The translations under genes were made by a program, and so were the position numbers. Below are positions 38,180-48,500 of a stretch of 64,000 nt of DNA, piece after piece. The DNA is from Acidobacteriota bacterium (GTDB taxonomy: Bacteria; Acidobacteriota; UBA6911): assembly GCA_963664705.1 (NCBI GenBank), contig OY761556.1, forward strand, positions 1,824,001-1,888,000, read 5' to 3'. The notes under the pieces are model-generated. The model was not told the DNA's origin. It worked only from the letters and a program-made list of their open reading frames with translations, and did not search any database. The number at the start of each line of letters is the position of its first letter. Position 1 is the stretch's first letter.

Positions 38180-38512
38180 ATGCTTCGTAGTATTGATGTT
38201 GGTCTCGGCGCCGATAGCGGTTTATGCGCAGAATGTGCCTTTGGGATATCAAAATAGGAAGGGTAGGAAATAGAATACTGCACTCCTTTTGAGCCGAAAA
38301 CCAATACTGCAAGAATTCCCAAAATCCTTACAAACATCAGAAAGAATTCATGTTTTGATTTGAAGTCGTGTGAATTGCGGTGCTATACTCGAAACTGATG
38401 TGAATTAGGAATAGATTCTTTGTTATGCTCCGGTAGGTCAATCGTTTACGAGCACAAGGTCGTTTTTGAAATTTCAGTGATTCGGTTTGGGAGACATAAG
38501 AGAGAGGCGAAC

Positions 38513-40654
38513 ATGAACAGTAGGTGTGCGCGCTTAAGTACAGCTATAGCTGCGTTGCTCCTGTTTTCGGCAATAGGTATTGCCCAGGAGAAAAAATGGA
38601 AGGCTGCAAGCTTCGATGGCACGACAGGCCTTTTTAAGGTTTGGGATGCAGAGACATTAAGGCAGGGTGAAACCAATTGGTCGTTTGGCTGGGATCAGCT
38701 CCATCGTGATCCGGGTCAATTGATGATTGGAAGAGCCCCAGTTGGTGCTGCCGTTGGCATTCTGGATAAATTTGAGTTCTTTTCTTCGATGGACGTGCAG
38801 CGGCACATCGAGGCCGATAATCTGCTCAAATACCGTCGGCTTCCCGGCATGTTGCCGGCCCCGGCTCAAACTCCATACGGCGTCCAATATTTCTCTCAGG
38901 CAGCTCCTTTCATGGATGTTCCTGAAGCAACCGGACGTGGAGATGTTCATCTGGGCGTCAAATTCAACTTCCTTTCAGAACGGCTTGGCAAACCCGTGAG
39001 TATCGGTCTTGCCGGGTTTGGAACCCTCCCTGGACAGCGTACCACCGGCGGCTTGAATCGAGGCCTGTCAACGGGAGCCTATCAGGGCGGATTTGCGTTC
39101 CTTTTCTCGAAGACGGCTGCAAAGCTTGTTCGATTCCATTTCAACATTGGTCCAAATTTCTACAGCGATCCCGAAATTTCCGGCACCACATTGGCCAACC
39201 TCCAGAATGAATTTATCTATCGTGGAGGCGTCGAGATTCCGGCACTTCGGAGAGTTCGCGCGATTGTCGAACTGGATGGGACCAAGTATTTTGGCGATGG
39301 CTCCACGGGACTGAATCCCAAGAGCCCGGTGGATCTGATCTTTGGTTTGCGCGCTTATGTCAGAGAATGGATGGCCCTCTCCGGAGGATACCAGATGACT
39401 CTGAATACCGTGAACAACAACCGACTGCTCGGTGCCTTTGGTACCGGGACCAACGGATTTGTTGTACAGGGCACATTGGGAACGCGTAAAAACGACCCTC
39501 CAACGGGACTTACCCTGACTGTCGCGAAGAATCCCATTCTACAGGGCGATAATACGACTGTCCGTGCCAGTGCTGTGGATCCTGACGGCGACAAGCTGAC
39601 CTATTCATGGGCAGCCTCGGGAGGCAAGATTGAAGGCAACGGAGATACGGCCAAATTTGATGCCACCGGGTTGGCTCCAGGCAAATATACCGTAACCGTT
39701 ACGGTTTCGGATGGCCGCAAGCACCAGGTGAGCAAATCGACCGACATTACGGTATTAAAGAGAAATGTTGCGCCGACAGCTACGATTGAGCCGACTTCGT
39801 TCAGCCTTACCCAGGGAGAAAGCGTAAATCTGAAGTGCAGCGGTAGCGATGCCAACAACGATCCACTGACCTATTCGTGGGCAGTGGATGGGCAGAAGCT
39901 GGCTGCTGCCGGTCAACAGATTTCGTTCGGGTCTGAAGGTCGCAAACCCGGCAGCTATACCGTCACCTGCACGGCAAGTGATGGTGAGGCGACGGGAAGC
40001 GCATCCTCAACCGGAACCGTTAAGGAACGGATTATTCCGAACCAGCCGCCTACCATGGAATGCCTGACGACTACGATGGATGTTGCTTCAGGCGGTTCCA
40101 TCGAGTTGAAGGCGAAGGCTTCCGATCCGGATGGCGACAAGCTCAACTACAGCTGGTCATCAACCGGTGGAGCCGTATCAGGATCCGGCGAAACCGCTAT
40201 GTTCAATGCAGCCGGCGTTAAGGCGGGCAGCTATACGGTAACCGTGGCCGTCGATGATGGACGGGGCGGCAAGGCCTCCTGCAGCATGACGGTGAATGTC
40301 TCGGAACGCTTGAGCGTTACGAAAGACAAGTGCGGTTTCTTTGCAATAGGCAAAGCCCGGGTTGACAACTGCGCCAAAGCAATTCTGGATGATCTTGCAG
40401 TTCGTATGAAAAATGATCCAAAATTGCGGGCCAATGTCATTGGTTACACCGATGACTCAAAACTGGAAAAACGCGCAAAGAAGCTCGGCGAAAAGAGAGC
40501 AAAGGCCGTGGCAGATTACCTGCAGAAGCAGGGCGTCGAAGCCTCGCGGCTGACTGTCACCGATGGCGGTCCGAATAATCCGGTAGGCGATAACAAGAAA
40601 GCCGCTGGACGGACTCTGAACCGCCGTGTCGAAATCGAACTTGCGGTGAAGTAA
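38513..40654 (+). CDS. OmpA-family outer-membrane protein with three Ig/PKD-like repeats
   Basis: Beta-barrel-like N-terminus, three D(P/A)..D.L.YSW..G.YTVT repeats, C-terminal GYTD..RA..V..NRRVEI. Confidence 0.88.
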   Translation: MNSRCARLSTAIAALLLFSAIGIAQEKKWKAASFDGTTGLFKVWDAETLRQGETNWSFGWDQLHRDPGQLMIGRAPVGAAVGILDKFEFFSSMDVQRHIEADNLLKYRRLPGMLPAPAQTPYGVQYFSQAAPFMDVPEATGRGDVHLGVKFNFLSERLGKPVSIGLAGFGTLPGQRTTGGLNRGLSTGAYQGGFAFLFSKTAAKLVRFHFNIGPNFYSDPEISGTTLANLQNEFIYRGGVEIPALRRVRAIVELDGTKYFGDGSTGLNPKSPVDLIFGLRAYVREWMALSGGYQMTLNTVNNNRLLGAFGTGTNGFVVQGTLGTRKNDPPTGLTLTVAKNPILQGDNTTVRASAVDPDGDKLTYSWAASGGKIEGNGDTAKFDATGLAPGKYTVTVTVSDGRKHQVSKSTDITVLKRNVAPTATIEPTSFSLTQGESVNLKCSGSDANNDPLTYSWAVDGQKLAAAGQQISFGSEGRKPGSYTVTCTASDGEATGSASSTGTVKERIIPNQPPTMECLTTTMDVASGGSIELKAKASDPDGDKLNYSWSSTGGAVSGSGETAMFNAAGVKAGSYTVTVAVDDGRGGKASCSMTVNVSERLSVTKDKCGFFAIGKARVDNCAKAILDDLAVRMKNDPKLRANVIGYTDDSKLEKRAKKLGEKRAKAVADYLQKQGVEASRLTVTDGGPNNPVGDNKKAAGRTLNRRVEIELAVK

Positions 40655-40666
40655 ATCCTAACATCG

Positions 40667-40702
40667 AAAGGCGAGCGGCTGCATTTGGGCCGCTCGCCTT
40701 TT
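40667..40702 (+). terminator. Rho-independent terminator
   Basis: aaaggcgagcggc...gccgctcgcctttt directly after the OmpA gene. Confidence 0.85.
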
Positions 40703-40727
40703 AAGTGTTTTCCGTCAGATCTCGCGG

Positions 40728-42656
40728 ATGCATTTGCAGCGTTTCCTTTTCCCCCTCTACATAATCATCCTTTCAGCCCTGTTCTCATCTGGAACAGAAA
40801 ACGGCGAGGCTTCATGCCGGTTTGTCACCCTTGGTCCGTATGGTGGGGATGTTCGTTCTCTCCTGATGGATTCAAGCGATCCCTCCACTGTATATCTCGG
40901 CACGAGCAGCGGAAAAATATTCAAATCAAACGATGGCGGCGAAAACTGGTTTTCTTTGAATCCCGGGATAGGGCAGAGCAGCTATGTCATTGATACTTTG
41001 GTTCAGCATCCACGGGAGCCAAAGCATATTTATGCCGGTGCCTGGGACCTGCGTTCCGACGGCGGAGGACTTTTCGAATCGAAGGATGCCGGGTTCCATT
41101 GGGACCGGGTTACGCTCCCGCAACCGATAGCGGCGGTGCGCGGTCTGTCGATATGCCGACGGCAGCCGGAATTTATGATTGCAGGCACATTGGGCGGACC
41201 CTCGGTGAGTTCCGATGGCGGACGTAATTGGAGACGCGTCGGTGGCTCGGACCTTCAGAAGGCGGAATCGGTTGCCATTGATCCCGTTGATTCGCGCATA
41301 CTCTACGTAGGGACTTGGAGACTTGGATACAAGTCTTCGGATTTTGGCAAAAGTTGGACTCTTGTGGATAGCGGGATGCCGCTGGATTCTGACGTGTTTT
41401 CGATTGCCATAGATGAGAAAAACCCCTCCATCCTTTATTCAAGCGCATGCTCAGGCGTTTACCGCTCGACGAATCAGGCGCGCTCCTGGACAAGGCTTCG
41501 CCTCGTTCCGGACCGTTTTGCTATCCGTGCGCAGCTGGTTTCTATCGATCCGGCGAATCCTCAAAGGATTTACAGCGGTACGACGGAAGGTCTGTTTGTC
41601 AGTCAGAATGATGGCCAAAATTGGACGCGATTGACAAACAGCAATATCACGGTCAACGCGATCCAGATCAGTCCGGAAAACAATCAAAACATCCTGATTG
41701 GAACCGAGTATCAGGGAATTCTCGCAAGCAAAGATGGCGGGAGAACCTGGAAGGAATCGAATGCTGGATTTATTCACAATCAGATTTCCTGGATCAAGCC
41801 GGACACTACCGGATCGGGAAGGATCTTCGCCGGACTCGCATCAGGATCGGGCGGCATCTGTTCCTTTGACTCCAGATCCGGAAATTGGACGACTGCTCAA
41901 ATCCTGCCGGGCATGCGCATCCTGTCATTTTTAAGCCTTCCGGACAATCGAGGGAAACTGGCCGGAACCACTCAAGGACTATTCTGGCAGGCGCGCGAAT
42001 CGGAACCCTGGGTGAAGCTGAAGGGCTCCATCGGAAAGCGCACGGTTTACAGCCTCGAATCGGATCCTCGAAATCCAATTTTGTATGCCGGAACAGACCA
42101 GGGTATCTATCGGGCCGCTGTCGCAACGCTTGATTTTCGGCTGCCTCCCGGATATCGGCTCAGCCCCCAGGCCTGGTGTATTACCGCGCCCTATGGCAGT
42201 ACGGACGTGGTCTTTGCCGGAAGCAGCCTTGGGCTGTTGAGATCCTGGGATCATGGGACACTGTGGAATGCCATTTCCTCATACGGGCTTCCAAATCGTA
42301 CGGCCATAGAAAGCGTAGCGGTATCGCCGAAGGATAAAGATTTTCTACTGGCAGGCACTTCAGTCGGTCTTTATGCGTCGCGCAATGGTGGAATTCACTG
42401 GCGTCGCTTCGAGGACGCCCGGCTGGGAATCCGGATTCCCTCCGTGCTGTTTTTGGATGACACAGGGGATAGGATCGTGGCAGCCGACGGTGAAAAGGGC
42501 GGGATTCTGTTCTCAAACGACGGAGGCCAGAATTGGGAGAAGATGGAAGGAGAATTTTTGTCTCCAACCACAGCGATTGCCAAAGATCCAAGGCGTCCAT
42601 CCGGCATTTACCTCGGCACACTGGCGGACGGTGTTTACTACCTTGACATTCCTTGA
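40728..42656 (+). CDS. BNR/Asp-box beta-propeller (YCF48/VPS10-like) secreted protein
   Basis: Many S.DGG..W repeats; signal peptide. Confidence 0.85.
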   Translation: MHLQRFLFPLYIIILSALFSSGTENGEASCRFVTLGPYGGDVRSLLMDSSDPSTVYLGTSSGKIFKSNDGGENWFSLNPGIGQSSYVIDTLVQHPREPKHIYAGAWDLRSDGGGLFESKDAGFHWDRVTLPQPIAAVRGLSICRRQPEFMIAGTLGGPSVSSDGGRNWRRVGGSDLQKAESVAIDPVDSRILYVGTWRLGYKSSDFGKSWTLVDSGMPLDSDVFSIAIDEKNPSILYSSACSGVYRSTNQARSWTRLRLVPDRFAIRAQLVSIDPANPQRIYSGTTEGLFVSQNDGQNWTRLTNSNITVNAIQISPENNQNILIGTEYQGILASKDGGRTWKESNAGFIHNQISWIKPDTTGSGRIFAGLASGSGGICSFDSRSGNWTTAQILPGMRILSFLSLPDNRGKLAGTTQGLFWQARESEPWVKLKGSIGKRTVYSLESDPRNPILYAGTDQGIYRAAVATLDFRLPPGYRLSPQAWCITAPYGSTDVVFAGSSLGLLRSWDHGTLWNAISSYGLPNRTAIESVAVSPKDKDFLLAGTSVGLYASRNGGIHWRRFEDARLGIRIPSVLFLDDTGDRIVAADGEKGGILFSNDGGQNWEKMEGEFLSPTTAIAKDPRRPSGIYLGTLADGVYYLDIP

Positions 42657-42820
42657 AGTTCAGCGCTTCTTCGATCAATCCGGCTGCCCATGGGGATCGA
42701 AAAGAGGCAGGAATTCCATAAATACAATTCTCTCAAAAGAGTAGGCGCCAGTTTGCGCTGGAATTCTGATATTATTCATGGTGGCGAGTGGATCGACGCA
42801 CCAACCCGGGAGAAAGCTCC

Positions 42821-45574
42821 ATGTACCAGACGATCCGCCTTAAAACAAAGATTCTCTTTGTATTTCTTTGTCTTGCTTCAGCCTCTTTTGCCCAGAATCG
42901 GCCGCAGCCAAAGCAGGTGCCGGCAAGGCCGTCTGCCCCGTTCCTCCAATACGTAAAATCTTACGAAGAAACCACCTATGTCACCAAAATCGTAATGAAG
43001 AACGGGATGACTGTATTGGTGGACGAATTCAGGACGCAGCCGCTTGTCACAATCCAGGTTTATGTCCGAGCCGGATCCCTGGATGAGCCGATTCAGAATC
43101 CAGGCCTGGCCACACTTGTTAGCAGGATTATCCAAAGAGGTATTCCAGACAAAAGCGGAGGCAGCTACCGACAAAAGATCCAAGCGCTGGGAGGTATCGC
43201 AAGAAGCTCTGTCGACTATGCAACAAGCGTTTTTGAAACGATTGCGCCATCGGGGCAGTGGAAAAAGGCTTTGGCCGTTCAGGCAGAGGCAATTCAGAAC
43301 CCTTCCTTCGATGGAGATAGCATACGGCTGGAAGCGAAAATGCTGCAGGGTGAGGCTCGGTCTTCGCTGGAAGACCCTATGCAGGTTGGAAGGGAGAAGT
43401 TGCTCGAGGTCGCATTCAGTCTCCCGCGAATGGGCCGGGCTGGCGCAATGCAGCATGCCGCAATGGAGACTTATTCTCCTGAGAATCTGGGAACCTTTTA
43501 CAAGGCTTTCTATGCGTCGTCGAGGATGATGCTTGTGGTGTCTGGCGATATCGGTTCAGGCGAAGTCCTCAACGAGATTGTCAAGCTCTATACAAAACCT
43601 GCCACGCCTGCCGGAAAGCAAGCAGCAGCGGCGGTCAACGCATCCCAGAACGAATTCCGCTTTTCTTCAATTCGAGGAAATGTTGCGGTTCCGCATCTTT
43701 TGTTTGGATTCCATACAGTCCCGGAAAATGATGAGGATGCCAAAGCCATCCAGGTTTTAAGGGCAGTCCTGGGGCTGGGCGAGGCATCCCTTCTTTCCGC
43801 ACGTGTGCGAGACGAAAAAAGGCTGATTTTTTCGTCACAAAGCGAGCTGCTTACTTCCTTTGAATTTGGCTACCTTTTCATAGGAGCCGCCATAAGCGCA
43901 TCAAGTATCGATCCGAGCGAACTCGCGATCCTTACCGAGCTTGAATTGTTGAAAAGAGAAGAGCTGACTGAGCTGGATTTGGAACGGGCATTTGGACTGC
44001 TCGAAAGGGAATATTGGAGCGGCATGGAAACGGTGACCGGTCGGGCCGGAACCCTGGCACACTTCGAATTCCTCGGCGATTGGAAACGCATGGACCGCAG
44101 CATGGCAGAGCTACGCAAAATCAAACCGTCGGATGTGAAGCGTGTTGCCGCAAAATACCTGCGTCTCCAGAACTGCACGCTGCTGGAGCTACTGCCAACT
44201 GCCTTTGAAGAAAGATCTCTGACTGCCGCCGCGGTCGCCAGCACCTTTTCCTCGCTGCTAAACGCCGCGACGGAAGAAGAAATGGCGAAGAGGGATAAGC
44301 AGACCGTTCTTGCGGTAACGATACCGCCGCCTGGCAGCTTTAAGTTCAGCGAGATTCGTTATCCCTTTCAAACTGCGTCCATTTTGCGCGGTCCGGCATT
44401 GTATATTCGGGAAGACCACAGCAATCCACTCATTGAAATGGGCCTCTTTTTTCCGGGCGGCCGTCTGGATGAGAAAAGGGAGAATGCGGGAATTACAAGG
44501 CTAATGTCGGCGCTTTTGCTCCCTACGGGAGAAGAAGCGCGGCAGTTTTACCGGCAATTGGAGGTCTATGGCGGTCATCTGATTCCTGTGGTGACCGATG
44601 ACTATTTCGGAGTGTATTTATCGGTACTGTCTCAAAACTTCGAAGCGGCATTCAAGCAGATTCTCGCCGCCATGCGTGAACCTAATTTCGATGAGGCCGT
44701 AGTAAAAAGGCAAAAAGAAATCCAGGTTTTTGAAATTCAATCCGGGATTTCGCGGGAATATCCTGCGGAGTGGATGCGGAGGGCGTTGTTTGGCGATTTT
44801 CCATATGGAGCCGGCAGCAACGGAACGCAGGCTTCCGTTTCCGCCGTGACGGTGGATTCCCTAAAGGCCTGGTATGACTCCCATGTCCGCAATCGGAAAC
44901 CGATCGTAACGTTGATTGGAGATACAAAAGGGACCAGCCTTGCTACCGTATTTGTTCAGAATTTCAGCGGCTCTCGTTTCCAGGACTCCAAAATTCCGGA
45001 AGGATATGCCAAAGCGCTGGAAAAGGGGCAAACCGCGACTCGGGATTGGGATGGAAACGAAAGCCTGATTTTGATTGGATTTCAGGCCCCGCCGATGGAT
45101 GATGAGGATGCAGCCGCGGCGACTGTACTGGAGGCCTATTCGGGGGATTATGGACGTTTGACTCAGGAGCTGAGAGATCGACTGGGGCTTGGGTACCGTG
45201 TAGCCGTGCGCTACCGACCCCGCGCGCGAGGCGGAAGCTTTACCATATGCGCTGCCACCATCCCTGGAATGGAGGACGATCTTCTAAAGGCACTGAGAAA
45301 AGAAATTCAAGGTTCGCAGGAGGAGGCTATTCCATACCGGGACTTCAGAACTGCCATCAGCGAAGCTGTCGGGGAATACTCTATTCAGCAGCAGAATCGT
45401 TTCAACCAGATTGCGGGAATTGCGGAGAATACGCTGGCGGGAAGGGGACTCGAGGGATACCAGGGACAGATCGCCGGGTTCCAGGATGTGCGGGAAGAAG
45501 ATCTCAAGGCTGTGATACAAAGAGTTTTTAATCTGAACAAAGCCAATATTCTGGTGTTGCGCGGAAGGAACTGA
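42821..45574 (+). CDS. M16 (pitrilysin) family protein lacking HxxEH
   Basis: NGM.V, GS.DE...G.A, FY..FY....M..VVSGD, duplicated architecture; TLVSR occupies the HxxEH position. Confidence 0.85.
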   Translation: MYQTIRLKTKILFVFLCLASASFAQNRPQPKQVPARPSAPFLQYVKSYEETTYVTKIVMKNGMTVLVDEFRTQPLVTIQVYVRAGSLDEPIQNPGLATLVSRIIQRGIPDKSGGSYRQKIQALGGIARSSVDYATSVFETIAPSGQWKKALAVQAEAIQNPSFDGDSIRLEAKMLQGEARSSLEDPMQVGREKLLEVAFSLPRMGRAGAMQHAAMETYSPENLGTFYKAFYASSRMMLVVSGDIGSGEVLNEIVKLYTKPATPAGKQAAAAVNASQNEFRFSSIRGNVAVPHLLFGFHTVPENDEDAKAIQVLRAVLGLGEASLLSARVRDEKRLIFSSQSELLTSFEFGYLFIGAAISASSIDPSELAILTELELLKREELTELDLERAFGLLEREYWSGMETVTGRAGTLAHFEFLGDWKRMDRSMAELRKIKPSDVKRVAAKYLRLQNCTLLELLPTAFEERSLTAAAVASTFSSLLNAATEEEMAKRDKQTVLAVTIPPPGSFKFSEIRYPFQTASILRGPALYIREDHSNPLIEMGLFFPGGRLDEKRENAGITRLMSALLLPTGEEARQFYRQLEVYGGHLIPVVTDDYFGVYLSVLSQNFEAAFKQILAAMREPNFDEAVVKRQKEIQVFEIQSGISREYPAEWMRRALFGDFPYGAGSNGTQASVSAVTVDSLKAWYDSHVRNRKPIVTLIGDTKGTSLATVFVQNFSGSRFQDSKIPEGYAKALEKGQTATRDWDGNESLILIGFQAPPMDDEDAAAATVLEAYSGDYGRLTQELRDRLGLGYRVAVRYRPRARGGSFTICAATIPGMEDDLLKALRKEIQGSQEEAIPYRDFRTAISEAVGEYSIQQQNRFNQIAGIAENTLAGRGLEGYQGQIAGFQDVREEDLKAVIQRVFNLNKANILVLRGRN

Positions 45575-45681
45575 ACTCGAACCGCGCTGGCAGATGCGAA
45601 GCATGCTGATTCCAACCATGCTTTGCCCAGGATACGCATATTGGGTGGTCGCGGCTTCAGCGTGGATTTACTGGAGGATTT

Positions 45682-47784
45682 GTGAGAAGGCTTTTTCCGA
45701 CATCCGGAATGGGGATCTTTACCCTGATTTTGGCTGCTTCCTGGATGCTGCTATTTCTGTTTGCCGACTCTCTGCGACTGGTTTCTCCGGCCACGACTTT
45801 TATCCTCCAGGCGCTGCTATTGCTGCTTGCCATTCCTGTAGCCGTTTATTACTCCTTCAAGCTCTCCAAGAAGTTGCGGGTGCGGCTGCTTTGGAAGATC
45901 CGCCGTCGATTGGTATTGGCGCATATTTTTATCGGCGCGATTCCGGTTTTTCTTGTGATCTGCATATTCTGGTTCTCGGCGCTGCTGTTTTATTACCAGT
46001 TGAGTTATTACCTGATCTCTAACCAAATCGGCATCCATACTGCACAGATCCATGCTTTCACGCTTTCATTGAGAGAAGGTTTGCAGAACATGATGACCGG
46101 CTCGACGCCGCCCAGCCAGGCCGCCCTGAAAGAGCAACTGGATGCGGACGCCAAGTATCTGCTGGGAGCTTATCCTTCCGCTTCCATCGTTTTAAGTTTT
46201 CCCGGTTCATCGGAAAAGCAGGAAACGACCTATGTCAACCAAACATCCAGTCCGGAAATACTGGGAAATTACCAGGTCCCGCATTGGCTGGTGGATCGCG
46301 AATTCAGCGGACTGGCTATCGACGACTCTCTTCCCGATCCGCATAAGCCAAGGCTTTTCATCAAAAGTTTTGTATACAGCGATTTGCGTCCGGACCTTCA
46401 ATTCAGGATAGAGGTTTCGGTTCCATTTGATCACTATTTCCTGGGCAGACTGAAGGCCGCTCTCGGGCAGGATTTTCTTTTGGTGGATGGTATCAAACGG
46501 GCGGGCCTGATGTTGCAGAGTGCTGACCTGCAGAAGGAAGACATCATCGAAACGACCTATGAAGCCGAAAGCACGCAATCCATTACGGATTCGCTTTGGT
46601 CCATTTCCTTGTACCCAACCCTCTGGACTACGGGAATGGAGACAAATGCGACCAGCAGCAATGTCCTCCTGGTCGAGCTTTCCACTCCGAAGCTGATGAG
46701 GAATCTCTTTCGATCCGAAAACAATGTGGGAACCAAGATTCTCGGCGTATTGGAAACAACGGTCATCTTTTTCCTTCTTGTTGAAATAGCATCCATTGTC
46801 ATTGGCATTGTTCTGACGAAATCGATTACGAATGCCGTTCATAACCTGGACCGCGGGACGGAATTTGTAAAACGGGGAGATTTCAGCCACCGAATTGTGG
46901 TGCGTTCCGACGACCAGTTGGGAGCGCTGGCCGCATCGTTCAATCAAATGACGGAATATGTTCAGGACTTGGTAAAGGAAAGGGTTCAAAAGGAACGGCT
47001 GGAGAGAGAACTCGAAATTGCCAAGGAAGTGCAGGAACGCTTATTCCCGAATGACGCGCCCAAAATGGCCCGTATGGACCTCGCGGGCATTTGCCTGCCG
47101 GCGCGCACCGTCAGCGGCGACTATTATGACTTTCTTCCCTTGGGAATGAACGAGCTCGGATTGGCTTTAGGCGACATTTGCGGCAAGGGGATATCGGCCG
47201 CTCTTCTCATGACAAATCTTCAGGCCACACTAAGAAGCAATGTCATGAATCTTTGGGGGAGCAGCAGCCTGAACGGGAGCAATTCGGTCGCAGAACTCGT
47301 CGAACGGGTCAATACTCAAATCTATAGCTACACTTCGGCCAATAAGTTTGCGACGTTTTTCTATGCGCTCTATGACGAGGTGCGACAAACCCTGACATAC
47401 TGCAATGCCGGGCATAATCCGCCTTTGTATTTCAACAACGGAAGCGTGCAGCGACTGATGTCCGGAGGCACGGTTGTCGGCATTTTTGCGGATTCCAAAT
47501 ACGAACAGGAAACGCTGTGCCTGCATGACAAAGACTTGCTTGTAGCCTATACGGACGGCATTGTTGAAAGCGTCAATGAGTATGGGGAAGAATTCGGAGA
47601 ACAGCGTCTGATTCAGCTGGTACAGGAAAACCGGGATCTTTCGGCAGCTGGAATCAAGGACACAATTGTCGAGAGAGTCCTTTCATGGAGTTTTGCTGAA
47701 GAACGTGACGATGATATGACGCTGGTGATTGCAAAAATCATCAATTCCGGAGAAATCGACCCGAAACCTGAAGGGATGACATAG
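45682..47784 (+). CDS. Membrane HAMP-SpoIIE (RsbU-like PP2C) phosphatase
   Basis: VSGDYYD, GDICGKG, NAGH, YTDG, DDMT. Start uncertain. Confidence 0.92.
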   Translation: MRRLFPTSGMGIFTLILAASWMLLFLFADSLRLVSPATTFILQALLLLLAIPVAVYYSFKLSKKLRVRLLWKIRRRLVLAHIFIGAIPVFLVICIFWFSALLFYYQLSYYLISNQIGIHTAQIHAFTLSLREGLQNMMTGSTPPSQAALKEQLDADAKYLLGAYPSASIVLSFPGSSEKQETTYVNQTSSPEILGNYQVPHWLVDREFSGLAIDDSLPDPHKPRLFIKSFVYSDLRPDLQFRIEVSVPFDHYFLGRLKAALGQDFLLVDGIKRAGLMLQSADLQKEDIIETTYEAESTQSITDSLWSISLYPTLWTTGMETNATSSNVLLVELSTPKLMRNLFRSENNVGTKILGVLETTVIFFLLVEIASIVIGIVLTKSITNAVHNLDRGTEFVKRGDFSHRIVVRSDDQLGALAASFNQMTEYVQDLVKERVQKERLERELEIAKEVQERLFPNDAPKMARMDLAGICLPARTVSGDYYDFLPLGMNELGLALGDICGKGISAALLMTNLQATLRSNVMNLWGSSSLNGSNSVAELVERVNTQIYSYTSANKFATFFYALYDEVRQTLTYCNAGHNPPLYFNNGSVQRLMSGGTVVGIFADSKYEQETLCLHDKDLLVAYTDGIVESVNEYGEEFGEQRLIQLVQENRDLSAAGIKDTIVERVLSWSFAEERDDDMTLVIAKIINSGEIDPKPEGMT

Positions 47785-47816
47785 GGAATCGGATTGCTTA
47801 TGGCTCAGCGAATAAC

Positions 47817-47844
47817 TTGACGCATCCGGAAGTTTAGACATAAT
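47817..47844 (+). promoter_or_regulatory. Putative sigma70 promoter
   Basis: TTGACG-16 nt-CATAAT upstream of 47915. Confidence 0.5.
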
Positions 47845-47914
47845 CTAGCTTTCGGGTCTCGTAATTGGGTATGGAACCGGTCATCATCTGGAAGGTTTGA
47901 AACGGCAAGCATCT

Positions 47915-48487
47915 ATGGCGCGCCACTCCTTTTTTACCACATTTGAAATCAGCCAAATTTGCGGCGTTAATCCCACGACGGTGCAGAATTGGGTCAAAGG
48001 GAAAAAACTACGTGCCTTTCAGACGCCGGGTGGACACCGAAGAGTCCGCCGCGAAGACCTGTTAGTTTTTTTGAAGGAATTTGGGATGCCGATTCCCGCC
48101 GAGCTTTCGCAAAATCCGCCGCTTATCCTTATTGTCGATGATGAGGTTGATATTCTTGACATGCTGGAGGCGCTGGTAAAGTCCAGGGATGAAGAGATCA
48201 ACGTGGCGAAAGCTCAAAATGGGGTTGATGCGCTGGTTATGATAGGCGAATCAAAGCCCGATCTTCTTATCTTGGATATCATGATTCCCGGAATGAACGG
48301 GTTTGAGGTTTGTAGAAAACTGAAAGCCAGCCCGGGTACGCAAAGCATCAGGATTGTTGCCATAAGCGGGGATCATGATCCTGCCGTTAGAGAACGTGTT
48401 CTCGGTGCCGGGGCGGATCTTTTCTTCACCAAGCCGCTGGATATTATCGGGTTCCGCGATCAGTGTTTCAGCCTCCTGCAGAACTAA
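47915..48487 (+). CDS. Response regulator with N-terminal excisionase-like HTH (HTH_17)
   Basis: TTFEI..CGV.P.TV..W..TPGGHRR followed by IVDDE, LDIMIP, ISG, KP. Confidence 0.9.
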   Translation: MARHSFFTTFEISQICGVNPTTVQNWVKGKKLRAFQTPGGHRRVRREDLLVFLKEFGMPIPAELSQNPPLILIVDDEVDILDMLEALVKSRDEEINVAKAQNGVDALVMIGESKPDLLILDIMIPGMNGFEVCRKLKASPGTQSIRIVAISGDHDPAVRERVLGAGADLFFTKPLDIIGFRDQCFSLLQN

Positions 48488-48500
48488 ACAAAGGATATCT

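Noticed and set aside
47915-48487. Excisionase-like HTH as a prophage remnant
   Set aside because: It is fused to a receiver domain in a housekeeping operon, a known regulator architecture.
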